From an uncultured virus (IMG/VR IMGVR_UViG_3300020576_002235) (Duplodnaviria; Heunggongvirae; Uroviricota; Caudoviricetes), in the IMG/VR virus record IMGVR_UViG_3300020576_002235: a DNA stretch of 64,000 bases. One strand, 5' to 3'. Made by a program: the position numbers and the translations under genes. This document shows positions 9,520 through 19,400 of the stretch, piece by piece. Below the pieces are notes generated by a model. It was not told the DNA's origin. It made no database searches and worked only from the letters and a program-made list of their open reading frames with translations. The stretch's first letter is position 1; the number at the start of each line of letters is the position of its first letter.

Positions 9520-11344
9520 ATTTGTAAGTTTTAACCCATAAAGTCTTACCCGCATCGTAGATTCTCTTGAATCCGTTTAATTCAGCAAGTTCTCTTTCAG
9601 TTAAACTTGGGTCATACAACAGCTTTGTGTTGTTAGCAAAGGCAGATTTCTGCAGTGAAGCTTTGTTGATAATTATACCTGATTTGGTGTAACAATAACT
9701 AGGAGCTATTTTCCTTTCTGCAGTAAATCCACAGGCTTTGTAAACACTACCTGAGAAGAAACGGTCATCTGAAAATGTGCTAAGTCTTGTAAACCCTAAC
9801 ACTTTATGAGCGTGGGCTATTAGCTTACTGCCCGCTCCTGCCACAGATCTTGAGGCACAAAATCTAACCAACTCACCTTCTGTAAGGCTGGCTCTAGTTC
9901 CTCTGCCGGTAGTTTTCATGCTAAAGCCAGCTACTGCTATCAGTTCTGTCTTATTGTACAATCCGTACCAATTACCCGCACCAGCGAAACCTTGAATATG
10001 GTACTTGTCTAGTAGCGCTCTAACCTCTATTGCTGATGGTTCCTTTACAGTTAAAGACCTCGCACCTATTCCTTTGACATTGTCCAATCCTATCCTACGT
10101 AGTATGCTTCCTTTTATTACTTCTGGCTTAGTGTCCCACTCTACATCAGAGAACATTAAAAAGTCGTAACCAGCCTCGTTGGCTTGGCGTAATTTGTCTA
10201 TATGACAACTTACACCTACTTTGTCTTCTGTGTGCCAGTAATTACCGTTCAACTCCAGCACTAGATTACCTACAATGAAGTCCGCTTTCTTAGTTGTACC
10301 CTTGTAAGGCAAGTTAGATTCTTGTATATAAGTTATCTGCAGGGAGTCTAGCCATGCGGCAACTTTTTCACTGAACCTTGAGATTTGCACTCCTTTACAT
10401 TCAGGGCACCCTAATGACACTAAATGTACTCCTTTAAGGCGCACTTGTATACCGTGCTTGCTGCACTTGAACATCACATTTCGCTCATCAACTTCTAAGT
10501 ATTCTAGTCCTGCGTTCACTAGGTTCTCATTCTGTGCCACTCGCTCTAAAAACTCCTCCATTGTTAATGCTTTTTTAATAGATGCACTTTCTATTCCGCA
10601 TTGAACACATCCGTGTCCTTTGATATGATCTGCATATTTTTGAATAGTGTCTCCGTGTTTCTCACACGTGTACAGTAGGAATGATTGATTCAGTTCTTTA
10701 TAAAAGTAGCGTTCTCCGTGTACTTCTTTGCTTCTGGTCACTATCTCGTCAAAACTGAGTCTTGATTTTCTCTTATTGCACTTTTCACATCCTGCACCTT
10801 GCAAGTGACTACTTTTTTCCTGCTTGATTTCTCCGTGTATAGGGCAGGAATAATTTATGTATTTGCCCTCTATATAATGATATATGAATTTATCTCCGTG
10901 CTTAAGCCTAGCTTTTACTTCGTAAGTTTGCAGTGTATCTCTACGCCCGTCGTTCTTTACTGCGTGCCCACAAGGAGGACAACCGTGCCCATGTAAGTGG
11001 TCATTTCTCAAATGTTTCTGCTCTCCGTGAATAGGACACTCAAAGACAACTTCGGCGTCCTCCAACCTAGAATATTTATAGTTTTCTCCGTGAATTGCTC
11101 TAGCTTTCTCTACAAACTCTTCCAAGGTGTCGCGTGCTCTCCCTTTTCGCTCATATCCACATTGAGGGCAGCCAGTGCCAGCGACAACACGTGCTTTGTC
11201 ACAAAGCACTTCTCCGTGTACCGTGCAGTTCATCCGTATCTTTCTGCTACCAGGTAATTTGGCAAGTGACTTCAAGGTGAATTTATCACCGTACAGTTCT
11301 GCACACTTCGCACGGAACTCTTCCTCGGTATAAGCTCTAGCCAT
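9518..11344 (-). CDS. Multi-domain endonuclease-like protein: ~5 Cys/His repeats (DUF723-like), Vsr/PD-(D/E)XK-like nuclease, C-terminal Mom-like GNAT-type domain
   Basis: Repeats HG..Y.Y...C..HG...H..G.GC..C; ADF....LVLELNGNYWH; ELVRFC....VAGAGSKLI....TFSD.RFFSGSVY..CGF. Confidence 0.75.
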   Translation of the reverse strand: MARAYTEEEFRAKCAELYGDKFTLKSLAKLPGSRKIRMNCTVHGEVLCDKARVVAGTGCPQCGYERKGRARDTLEEFVEKARAIHGENYKYSRLEDAEVVFECPIHGEQKHLRNDHLHGHGCPPCGHAVKNDGRRDTLQTYEVKARLKHGDKFIYHYIEGKYINYSCPIHGEIKQEKSSHLQGAGCEKCNKRKSRLSFDEIVTRSKEVHGERYFYKELNQSFLLYTCEKHGDTIQKYADHIKGHGCVQCGIESASIKKALTMEEFLERVAQNENLVNAGLEYLEVDERNVMFKCSKHGIQVRLKGVHLVSLGCPECKGVQISRFSEKVAAWLDSLQITYIQESNLPYKGTTKKADFIVGNLVLELNGNYWHTEDKVGVSCHIDKLRQANEAGYDFLMFSDVEWDTKPEVIKGSILRRIGLDNVKGIGARSLTVKEPSAIEVRALLDKYHIQGFAGAGNWYGLYNKTELIAVAGFSMKTTGRGTRASLTEGELVRFCASRSVAGAGSKLIAHAHKVLGFTRLSTFSDDRFFSGSVYKACGFTAERKIAPSYCYTKSGIIINKASLQKSAFANNTKLLYDPSLTERELAELNGFKRIYDAGKTLWVKTYK

Positions 11345-11492
11345 TTTTCTTCTCCTGCGTCTCTAACCACTCCCGCAAGGCTCGTCTGACAATGTCAGAC
11401 AATTTTAGATGTTCACGGTCTGCTTGTTCTTGCAATAACTTCAAGTGCTCCTGCGGAAGCCTCATGTGCGAGGGGATCAAGATTTCTTTCAT
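11337..11492 (-). CDS. Ribbon-helix-helix (CopG/Arc-like) regulator, 51 aa, absent from the ORF track
   Basis: Hand translation MKEILIPSHMRLPQEHLKLLQEQADREHLKLSDIVRRALREWLETQEKKNG; GGAG RBS; stop overlaps the nuclease start. Confidence 0.8.
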   Translation of the reverse strand: MKEILIPSHMRLPQEHLKLLQEQADREHLKLSDIVRRALREWLETQEKKNG

Positions 11493-11580
11493 GGAATTCT
11501 CCGGTGGTAAAGCCACATTGTAGCACGAGAAACGCGTTCGAGCGCGTCAACCCAGACAATCTCACTCCTGCCCCTCCAAC

Positions 11581-11766
11581 TCACTCTCCCCTCAACTCCA
11601 ACCCCAGCCCCACCAATCTTCGCACCATCGCACTGAGCGTCCTGTCTTCCCGTGCCGCAAGCGCCTTCAGTTTGTCGTAGGTGCCCTGGGGGAATCTGAC
11701 ATGGATAGGCGGGGAGTCGCCCGGCTTGCTGCCGGGCAGGAGGTTGGCTTTGTTCAAATTTCGCAT
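11581..11766 (-). CDS. Second ribbon-helix-helix regulator, 61 aa
   Basis: IHVRFPQGTYDKLKALAAREDRTLSAMVRRLV fits the RHH pattern; start revised to MRNL. Confidence 0.75.
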   Translation of the reverse strand: MRNLNKANLLPGSKPGDSPPIHVRFPQGTYDKLKALAAREDRTLSAMVRRLVGLGLELRGE

Positions 11767-11842
11767 AGAGCACCCGTAAAGGCCACAGTGTAACACAGTA
11801 GCAGGATGAATTCCAGCTACAATCCGAAGAAAGGACACTACC

Positions 11843-12052
11843 ATGAAAATCATTGACCCCACAGGCGTTTGGCTACGCAACAATGCACAATTCCCGCTTT
11901 GTGACCCAGAGCTAGGCTACACGTTCGAGCCTCAAGTCTTGGTCAAAATCAAGCACTCTGCTTGGGCGAAAGGCCAGAAGGTTATCGCTCTTATGCCTGA
12001 TCCGCTCGCACCTGTAGTAGCACCGTCCCTCAAGAAAGTGTCGCCGGTCTAA
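11843..12052 (+). CDS. Small hypothetical virion-associated protein
   Basis: AAGGA RBS and TACAAT upstream; first gene after the inverted cassette. Confidence 0.65.
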   Translation: MKIIDPTGVWLRNNAQFPLCDPELGYTFEPQVLVKIKHSAWAKGQKVIALMPDPLAPVVAPSLKKVSPV

Positions 12053-12055
12053 ACC

Positions 12056-12544
12056 ATGCTGTACTCTGTAACACCGACCGACGTAAGGGCTGTGCTTGGT
12101 GTCTCTGTGACAGAGATACCTGACGCAACGGCATCACTGACTCTGTTTGACAACTTGGTGTCTCTCGATCTGGAGGACATAGCGCTAACTTTGTCAGCAG
12201 ATTGGGCTACAGTAACCGCAATTACTTCCAAGACAGCAGCCGACTTGCGCTTCCTCAAACTGGTCACACTGTACACGACTTATCTGTATGCCAACGCTTG
12301 CTTGCATCAACTGCCACTGTTCTCGGTTCAGACGCTAACTGATGGTAGGGCCTCGTTTACAAGACAAGCTGATCCGTATGAATCTGTGAAGGACGGTATT
12401 GCAGGAATGTTGTCTACACTGAAAGCTAGGCTGTTGGCAGCTTACGCAGTGACATTCCCTGATACATCACTTCCGGTTGTAGTATCTACTTTCCCGTCAA
12501 TCCGAGCAGCTACGCTCGCTACAGACCCTGTCACTAATGCCTAG
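12056..12544 (+). CDS. Putative head-tail adaptor
   Basis: Size and position; N-terminal TPTDVRAVLGV. Confidence 0.6.
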   Translation: MLYSVTPTDVRAVLGVSVTEIPDATASLTLFDNLVSLDLEDIALTLSADWATVTAITSKTAADLRFLKLVTLYTTYLYANACLHQLPLFSVQTLTDGRASFTRQADPYESVKDGIAGMLSTLKARLLAAYAVTFPDTSLPVVVSTFPSIRAATLATDPVTNA

Positions 12545-13367
12545 CATATTTGATGTTGCCAGCCATTTTGACGATGTAATCTGTACCGATGCGTACAGCG
12601 GTGCAACACTGTTTGCCGGGCAATTCTCTTCTTTTATCGAGTCTTCTCCTGACGGCTCTACCACGCAAAAGAGAACCCTGTCTCTAGCACCTAATATCAG
12701 TCTACCCGCGCGTAGAACAATTAGTTACCAAGGTGAAACTTGGATTGTAGGAGATGGCAATACAGACCTGATTTACAACACTCCAACGAGAAAAGCTTAT
12801 TGGATGAAGAAGTCGTTCGGGTTGTTCACAAGACTTACACCCCTAGAAGCCTTAAACCTAGCTGTAGGCACATCTTTTCACGCTAGTCTGAAGTACCTTA
12901 AAGATACTGTTAACGGAGTGTCAGACAATGCTTATGACCCACAGTGGTCGGTAGCCCTCGCACAAGGCGAGACGGCTAACAAAGGCGACTTCATAAAGCA
13001 AGGTTCTACTTATTACAGAGTGCGAGTTAGCTATGTTGATGGTAGTGGCTTTTTACTGGCTGTGTGCGATCAATTGGACGCTGGTAGTTTTGTATCTGTC
13101 AGCTTGACTAGCACAGGCGGCTATGATCCTATTACAGATACTTATACAGCCACATCAACAACTGTAAATGCGTTGATGATGGAGCCTTACAAGCTGTACA
13201 CTTATTTCACAGAGGCTGATCCACGGTTCACTGCAGGCGACAAATCACTGTTAACTGCAGCAGCACTTGCTGTAGGCTCTACCTTGACAATCGCGTCAGA
13301 GCCTTGGAAAGTACAATCCAGTTATCCAGAACTAGATGCTTGGGCTAGCCATATTCGGAGAGTGTAG
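12537..13367 (+). CDS. Putative head closure/neck protein
   Basis: Position; GGYDPITDTY motif typical of head-completion proteins. Confidence 0.55.
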   Translation: MPSIFDVASHFDDVICTDAYSGATLFAGQFSSFIESSPDGSTTQKRTLSLAPNISLPARRTISYQGETWIVGDGNTDLIYNTPTRKAYWMKKSFGLFTRLTPLEALNLAVGTSFHASLKYLKDTVNGVSDNAYDPQWSVALAQGETANKGDFIKQGSTYYRVRVSYVDGSGFLLAVCDQLDAGSFVSVSLTSTGGYDPITDTYTATSTTVNALMMEPYKLYTYFTEADPRFTAGDKSLLTAAALAVGSTLTIASEPWKVQSSYPELDAWASHIRRV

Positions 13368-13831
13368 TGGGCATTCTGGAAGCTAGAATGGCTGGGATTA
13401 AGGCTTTAGTAGAAAAGAAAAAAGCCGCAGCCGAAGACATAGCCTCTAAACACATCCAGAAGATTTGTTATAGGTTGTTAGACGATGCAGCAACGGCTTC
13501 TCCACAGTGGTCTGGTGATTATGCTAGCAATTGGAACATAGTGTCAGGTAGGAAACCTCGCTACGATTCGTATTTAAAGGTAATTCCTTGGCAAAATTTG
13601 ATCGGTGAAGAGCGTGCGAGAGGTGATGAACTTGCTGTGGAACTTGCCATTGACCGCAGTTACGAACCTATAAGCAAAATTCGTTGGAATATGAAGATTC
13701 GTTTGGTGAACACAGCGCCAATAGCCGATGAGCTAGAAGCTATGGAAATAAATCTTCGACCTGTCAATCGTTTAACGCCTGATGTCTCTGTGATAAGTTT
13801 TCTTAAAATGAAGTATAGGTGCATTCCATGA
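13367..13831 (+). CDS. Putative tail completion protein (HK97 gp10-like)
   Basis: SPQWSGDYASNW resembles the TP.DTG.....W motif; position. Confidence 0.6.
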   Translation: MGILEARMAGIKALVEKKKAAAEDIASKHIQKICYRLLDDAATASPQWSGDYASNWNIVSGRKPRYDSYLKVIPWQNLIGEERARGDELAVELAIDRSYEPISKIRWNMKIRLVNTAPIADELEAMEINLRPVNRLTPDVSVISFLKMKYRCIP

Positions 13832-14244
13832 GTCAAGAGATAATCCGTGTTGATTTAACCACTGCAATTGAATCTATCCGAACCACGTTTGCTGGGGGCT
13901 ATACTCTTGTAATTGAGTATGATAATGTGCTGTTGGTGGACACCAAGCTGCAAACAAATCCGTTTTTGGCTGTTGAGATAAAGTTTATTCAAGGTGTGCA
14001 AGCGAATATTTCCAGCACACCTTTTCAGCGCGTATATGGACAAGTGCTTTTAAGCGCTGCTGTTCCACAAGGCAGCGGCTCTAGCAAAGCCCTCAAGTTG
14101 CTTGACCACTTTTCAAAGGGCCTGCAGCTAAAGGCTTTTGGCACCGTGAGAACTCATATTTCTTCACCTTCGCAGTCGAAGCCTCACCTAGGCTGGGTGT
14201 ATTTCACCGTCTCGGTGCCTTTTTGGTCGGATCAAAGTACTTGA
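13828..14244 (+). CDS. Putative tail terminator
   Basis: IEYDN, P.GSGS and C-terminal VSVPF motifs; directly before the tail tube gene. Confidence 0.6.
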   Translation: MSQEIIRVDLTTAIESIRTTFAGGYTLVIEYDNVLLVDTKLQTNPFLAVEIKFIQGVQANISSTPFQRVYGQVLLSAAVPQGSGSSKALKLLDHFSKGLQLKAFGTVRTHISSPSQSKPHLGWVYFTVSVPFWSDQST

Positions 14245-14251
14245 GGCGGAC

Positions 14252-14279
14252 AAAAAAGAGCGCTGAGGCGCTCTTCTTC
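14252..14279. terminator. Hairpin terminator
   Basis: AAAAAAGAGCGC-TGAG-GCGCTCTTCTTC. Confidence 0.6.
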
Positions 14280-14331
14280 ATTTCAGCAGGTACACTTCAA
14301 GAGTTGAAATTTTCACCCACCGGAGTAATTT

Positions 14332-15540
14332 ATGGCCCTCGCATCTTCCTCACTCGTTAATCTACGCGCTATCAAAGAAGCCACTTTTGGCGTAACCCCT
14401 GCGTCAGGTAATCCTACCGTTCTGCGGTTCACCAGCGAGAGTTTGTCTTACGATATTACCAAGAAGTCGTCTGATCAGATCACTTCAAAGCGCACGGTGT
14501 CCAGCGCTATTCCGGTTGACGCAAAGACCACCGGCTCTATTGGGCAAGAAGTGCATTACGCAGGTATTGAGCCGTTCATGGAATCTGCTTTGATGAGTAC
14601 CTTCACAGAATTTGGTACTAACGGTGTTGGTACTGCCTCTACGTCTACAGCTATCACAGCTACTACAATAACTCAAGTTGGTGGTACGTCTTTTGCGACC
14701 TTGAAGAAAGGTCAGTGGTTCCGCATCACCAGCTCTGGCACTAACAACGGTAAGATTTTCCGCGTTAGCACTATCGCTGCTGATCCCACGGCAACTGTTA
14801 TTAATTTGGACACCAATACCCCCGGCATTATCAATGCTACGGAAGGCGCTATTGTTGTTCAAGCTGCTCGGTTGACTCATGGAACTACTCAGTCTAGTTG
14901 GACGATTGAGCGTGAGAACAACGACATCGCTGTGTTCATGGCTTTCAAGGGTATGACCGCCAGCAAGATGTCCATGAAGGTTGCTTCTGGTTCTCTCAGC
15001 ACCGTCAACTTTGATTTCATGGGTCAATCGGCGCTTGAGTCGGATACTACTCTGCTGCCTGGCTCGCCGGTTGCTGCACCGACTTATGATATCCATTCTG
15101 GTGTTGCTGGTGCTACCAACGCAATCTGGATGGATGGTGTGCCGGTTGCTGGCACTTACGTCAAGTCTGTTTCTCTGGACTTTGACAATGCTCTGCGTGA
15201 ACAAGGTGCTATTGGTACGTTGGGTGCAGTGGGCATCGGGGCTGGTAGCATCAACTGCACAGCGTCTGTTGAAGTCTACTTCGCAAACAAGGACTTGTTC
15301 ACGAAGTATCGTCAGAATACCAATTCCAGCTTGATCTTCTCCAGTACCGATGTTAGCGGCAACGGCTACATCTTCACCGTCCCAGTGGCTAACATCGCTT
15401 CTTGGAAGAGCAACGCAGGTGGTAACGGTTCGGATCAAATGATCAGTATGACGCTGACTGCTCTCTCCGATGATAGCAACGCTGATGCTGCTCTGCAGAA
15501 ATTGTTGTTTGTGGATCGTATCGGCGCAGCAGTGGTATAG
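14332..15540 (+). CDS. Major tail tube protein
   Basis: E.TFGVTP...LRFTSESL, SWTIE, FDFMG and EVYF motifs of siphovirus tube proteins. Confidence 0.85.
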   Translation: MALASSSLVNLRAIKEATFGVTPASGNPTVLRFTSESLSYDITKKSSDQITSKRTVSSAIPVDAKTTGSIGQEVHYAGIEPFMESALMSTFTEFGTNGVGTASTSTAITATTITQVGGTSFATLKKGQWFRITSSGTNNGKIFRVSTIAADPTATVINLDTNTPGIINATEGAIVVQAARLTHGTTQSSWTIERENNDIAVFMAFKGMTASKMSMKVASGSLSTVNFDFMGQSALESDTTLLPGSPVAAPTYDIHSGVAGATNAIWMDGVPVAGTYVKSVSLDFDNALREQGAIGTLGAVGIGAGSINCTASVEVYFANKDLFTKYRQNTNSSLIFSSTDVSGNGYIFTVPVANIASWKSNAGGNGSDQMISMTLTALSDDSNADAALQKLLFVDRIGAAVV

Positions 15541-15567
15541 TTTCTCTGGGGTGTTGGAAGTGACTGA

Positions 15568-15597
15568 CCCTCTGCGAAAGCAGAGGGCCTTTTTATT
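15568..15597 (+). terminator. Intrinsic terminator
   Basis: CCCTCTGC-GAAA-GCAGAGGG followed by CCTTTTTATT. Confidence 0.85.
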
Positions 15598-15647
15598 GCC
15601 TCGAAAACCTGCTACAATCCCTTTTCCAACAACCTAGGAACCACAAA

Positions 15648-16055
15648 ATGATCGACCTTTTTTCTGCCTTCGCCACCGACAACACCGTAGAGCAAGAGGG
15701 CACTAAAACCCAACTCCCCAACGCAGGCGACACACTGTTTGTCGTAGCGCGTATGCCCAACAAGAATTACTCCAAGCTGATTCAGAGGCAGGTCAAGATG
15801 AATCGTGCCGTGCTTGACAGCAAGGGTGATGCAGCCGCGAAGATGTCTGACAGCATTCTCATCAACGTCATGGCAAAGACTGTTCTGCTTGGCTGGGAAG
15901 GCGAGATTACCTACAACGGTAAGAAGTATGCTTACAGCGAAGATGCTGCCAAGATGCTGTTGGCGCACAACGATTTTCGTGAGACCGTGTCCAAGGTGGC
16001 TTCCGACATGGACACCTTCAAGCTGGTGAAAGACGAAGACGACGAAAAAAACTAA
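15648..16055 (+). CDS. Tail assembly chaperone (gpG-like)
   Basis: Between tube and TMP; LLGWEG motif; ends at the slippery site A AAA AAC. Confidence 0.85.
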   Translation: MIDLFSAFATDNTVEQEGTKTQLPNAGDTLFVVARMPNKNYSKLIQRQVKMNRAVLDSKGDAAAKMSDSILINVMAKTVLLGWEGEITYNGKKYAYSEDAAKMLLAHNDFRETVSKVASDMDTFKLVKDEDDEKN

Positions 16056-16399
16056 GGGCTGTTCTCCAGTGGGGTTTTCAATGGGGATCGTCCCTGAAAA
16101 TGCTGCTGGAAATGATGGACGAAACCGGGGTCGTCCCTCCAGCCTTAGCTAACCGCCCGGAGCTTGACGAAAGCTGGCACTTTCCTCAGCAAATTTGGAG
16201 GGAACTCAACGGAAGCCGCCGCTACCATGCGGCAGGTGCAGCAGGCATACCGTTCTCAGAGTTCTACCTGTGGGCACGGGCCTACCAATTCTCTACCCTT
16301 GAATTGGTTGACAATTGGGAATCTGTCCACCGGTACGATGAAATTTGGCTTGACGAGCAAGCCATTTGGCAGAAAAGCCAATCTGACCAGAAAAAGTAA
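16052..16399 (+). CDS. Tail assembly chaperone frameshift extension (gpT-like)
   Basis: The -1 frame is open from 16052 into the 16100-16399 ORF; PPAL..RPEL and IPFSE motifs. Confidence 0.75.
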   Translation, partial: LRAVLQWGFQWGSSLKMLLEMMDETGVVPPALANRPELDESWHFPQQIWRELNGSRRYHAAGAAGIPFSEFYLWARAYQFSTLELVDNWESVHRYDEIWLDEQAIWQKSQSDQKK

Positions 16400-16463
16400 C
16401 CCGACATCAGGTAAAATGTCGGGATGCTGAACCACGCCTGCTCCAATCTTTTGAGGTCAAATC

Positions 16464-19400
16464 ATGAGTGATGGCGTCGTTGATATTGCACTCAATTTTT
16501 CTAAAGAGACAGAGAGCGTAAACAAGCTTGCTCTGGCATTCGAGAAACTTGCTATAGCTGCAAAAGACACTAACAAGGCTTCTCTTAATGAGCTTCGCTT
16601 TGCTATTAAGAGTTTGTGGACAGATAGCACAGAAACCTTGAAGAGGGTTGTCAGCGATACTTCTTCTTCAATGACAAAGATTAACGAGGTAGTTAAAACT
16701 CATCAAGTTAATAAATTATTTGACGTAGGTGCGATTGAAGCCAATCTAAAACAAATCACTGCGGCGGTGTCTACCGCTATGACTGCAAATACGGCAGTCG
16801 TTTCTGAGCAGGTGACGCAGCAAATGGCGCTTAACGCTAAAGGGTTTGAAGAAGCTAAACGTATAGCCTTAGAGCAAGTGGCAGAAGAGAAGAGTAAAGG
16901 GGCTAAGTTAATAGCTGAGGCAGTAAAGCTGCGAGCAGAAAAGAAAGCTATTGGCGACCAAGAGCTTAATGAGATAAAGGCCCACTACGAAAAAGTGAAG
17001 GCTATGGACGTTAATGACGCTAATGCCAGATTCCAGGCGATGTCGTTGGAAGCTCAAAAGCTGCGCGTACTTCGTGTAGAGTCATTGTTAGCCTCTAATG
17101 TAGCACCTTCTGCTGTGGTTAAGCGTTATGGAAGTGATGCGATTATTGCTGCGCTGCAGAGTGAGTCTTTTACAAAGGTTGCTGTAATTAAGGATGGCAC
17201 TGCTGCAGAAGTCGCAGCTAGGTTAGAACGGATTCGTGCCGTAGGTGCCGCTTCTCAAGCGTTGCTTGAGCAGCAAAAGCTGAATAACGCAGCTACTTTG
17301 GCGAGCGTAAAGGATCAAGAAGCGACTGATAAGATGCAGATTGCTGCAATCAAAGCTGCTACTGCTGCAGAAGTTGCTGCTATACAAGCTCGTGTTGCTG
17401 CCGCCACAAACTTAGCTACCGGCTCTTATCAAAAATACAATCCGAACACAGGAGCGGCTGGCAGTTTGGTAAATCCCATCCACCCAAAAGCCGTCCAAGA
17501 TACCAACGCCCTGATCGACGCCACCAAATCTCTTACAGGGCACCACAACGCCCTTAACGATGCCACTAGAGGTGTTGTGCAAGGTATGGGGATGTACAGT
17601 GCGACTCTTACATCAATCATCCCGCTGTTGGCTGGCATGGCCGTAGGAGGGGCTTTTAAGCAGATGTTTGACCAAGGCCGCGACCTTGAGTATCAGATGA
17701 CTTTCGTGGCTAAGTTGACTGAGGGTGCTAAGATCGCCACAGAAGACTTTGCTAAGGCTATGCAGGGTTCTCAGTTGAGCACCAAAGAGGGTGCCCAGGG
17801 CTTGCGAGCACTTGCGCAAGCAGGTCTGTCAGCAGAAGACGCACTAACAGCACTGCCCTCTGTCATGAATTTGGCAGTGGTCGGCGAAATGCAACTCGGT
17901 GCAGCCGCGCTGGTGGCTACTGGTGTAATGCACGCCTTTAACTTGCAGATGACCGACATGCCTCACATCGTGGATGTGATGACAAAGGCCGCAGCCGTAT
18001 CCAACACCTCTGTTGAAGGTATGGCTACTGCTATTAAGACAGCGTCTGTCGTGTCTGACCAGTTTGGTGTAAGCCTGGAGGAAATCTCTGCAGGTCTGGT
18101 GGTTATGGCTAAGCGTAACATCGAAGGTACTTCTGCTGGTACTGCGTTGAAGAACTTCATTACCAACCTGGCCTCAACAACGCCTATAGCATCTGCTCGC
18201 ATGAAGCAGTTGCGTATTGACGTTTATGACGCTGAGGGTAATCTGAAGAAGATGTCTCAGATTATTCCTGAGTTGGCTACAGCTTTTGTTGGTTTGAACG
18301 AGAAGACAAAAAACGAAGCTCTGAAGGATTTGTTCAACGAACGTGGTCGTCGCGCAGCGGCTGCGATGATTAAGGATGTTGAGCTTTACGGTAATGAGCT
18401 TGATAGGCTGACTAATAAGTCGGCGGGATTTGCCGCCTCTGTTGTTAGAGACCTCGACCACACTGTTACAGGACAGATTAAAGCAACCGCTAATGCACTA
18501 TCGTTAAACTTTGATAAGGCTTTTGAGCGTACTGCAGATTCTTGGTCTAATCTTATGTCAAGGTTTAATGAAGCTGCTGGTAGCTCGGCTCTTCAGACGT
18601 TTGTAGTTGGTTTGTCTAATAACCTGCTTTTGCTTGTAGACAATTTCGGCAAACTGTCTGTCGCGGTAGGTGTAGGAGTTTTGGCTTGGAAAACATACGC
18701 AGAAGCTGTAGCCGTGGCAGAGACCGTGTCAGTTACTGCTACGGCTGCTACTGGTATTGCCGCTGCAACAACGCTTACTCTATCCGGTGCCCTTAGTGCT
18801 CTCGGCACAGTTCTGTCTCGTATTTTGTGGCCTGTAGCGGCAGTTACTGCCTTGTACGCTGCTTTTAAGATTTTGTCTGGTGAGATTGATGAGGTTACTG
18901 AAGCTTCGAAACGTAGAAATCGTGAGTCATTAGACACCATAGCAAAACTTTATAAAGAAATAGACGCTATACAGGATGAGACTCGTGCGCTACATTTGCA
19001 AACTCAGCAGAATATAAGCTTGGCAGACGCTGTTAGACAGGTAGCTGCGGCAAAGAAGAATCTTCATGGTGTGTCTTTGGAGGCAGATATTTCTTCGGCA
19101 AAAGCTGATGTTAAAACTGCGGGAGAAGCCTACGGTAAATCCGGCATCTTGGATTTCGTGGCTAATGCTAAGGCTTTGGGTGATGCTCAAGCTAAATTGA
19201 GGTCGCTGGAGGCTCAGCAAGCTGATTTTGTTAAGAATTCTGCTGCTCAGGTTTTTCCTAAGCTTATGGCTGACATGGCCTATGCTGCAAAGGAACAAAC
19301 AAAATCCGTAGGTGAGATAGTTTCTGACCTGAGACTTAAAGATAAGCAACTATTGCATGCTGCGGAAAATGTTATTAGCTCTGATCCAGCGAAATACACT

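Noticed and set aside
14485..15438. 317-aa minus-strand ORF
   Set aside because: It is an antisense shadow of the codon-biased tail tube gene, with no recognisable motifs.
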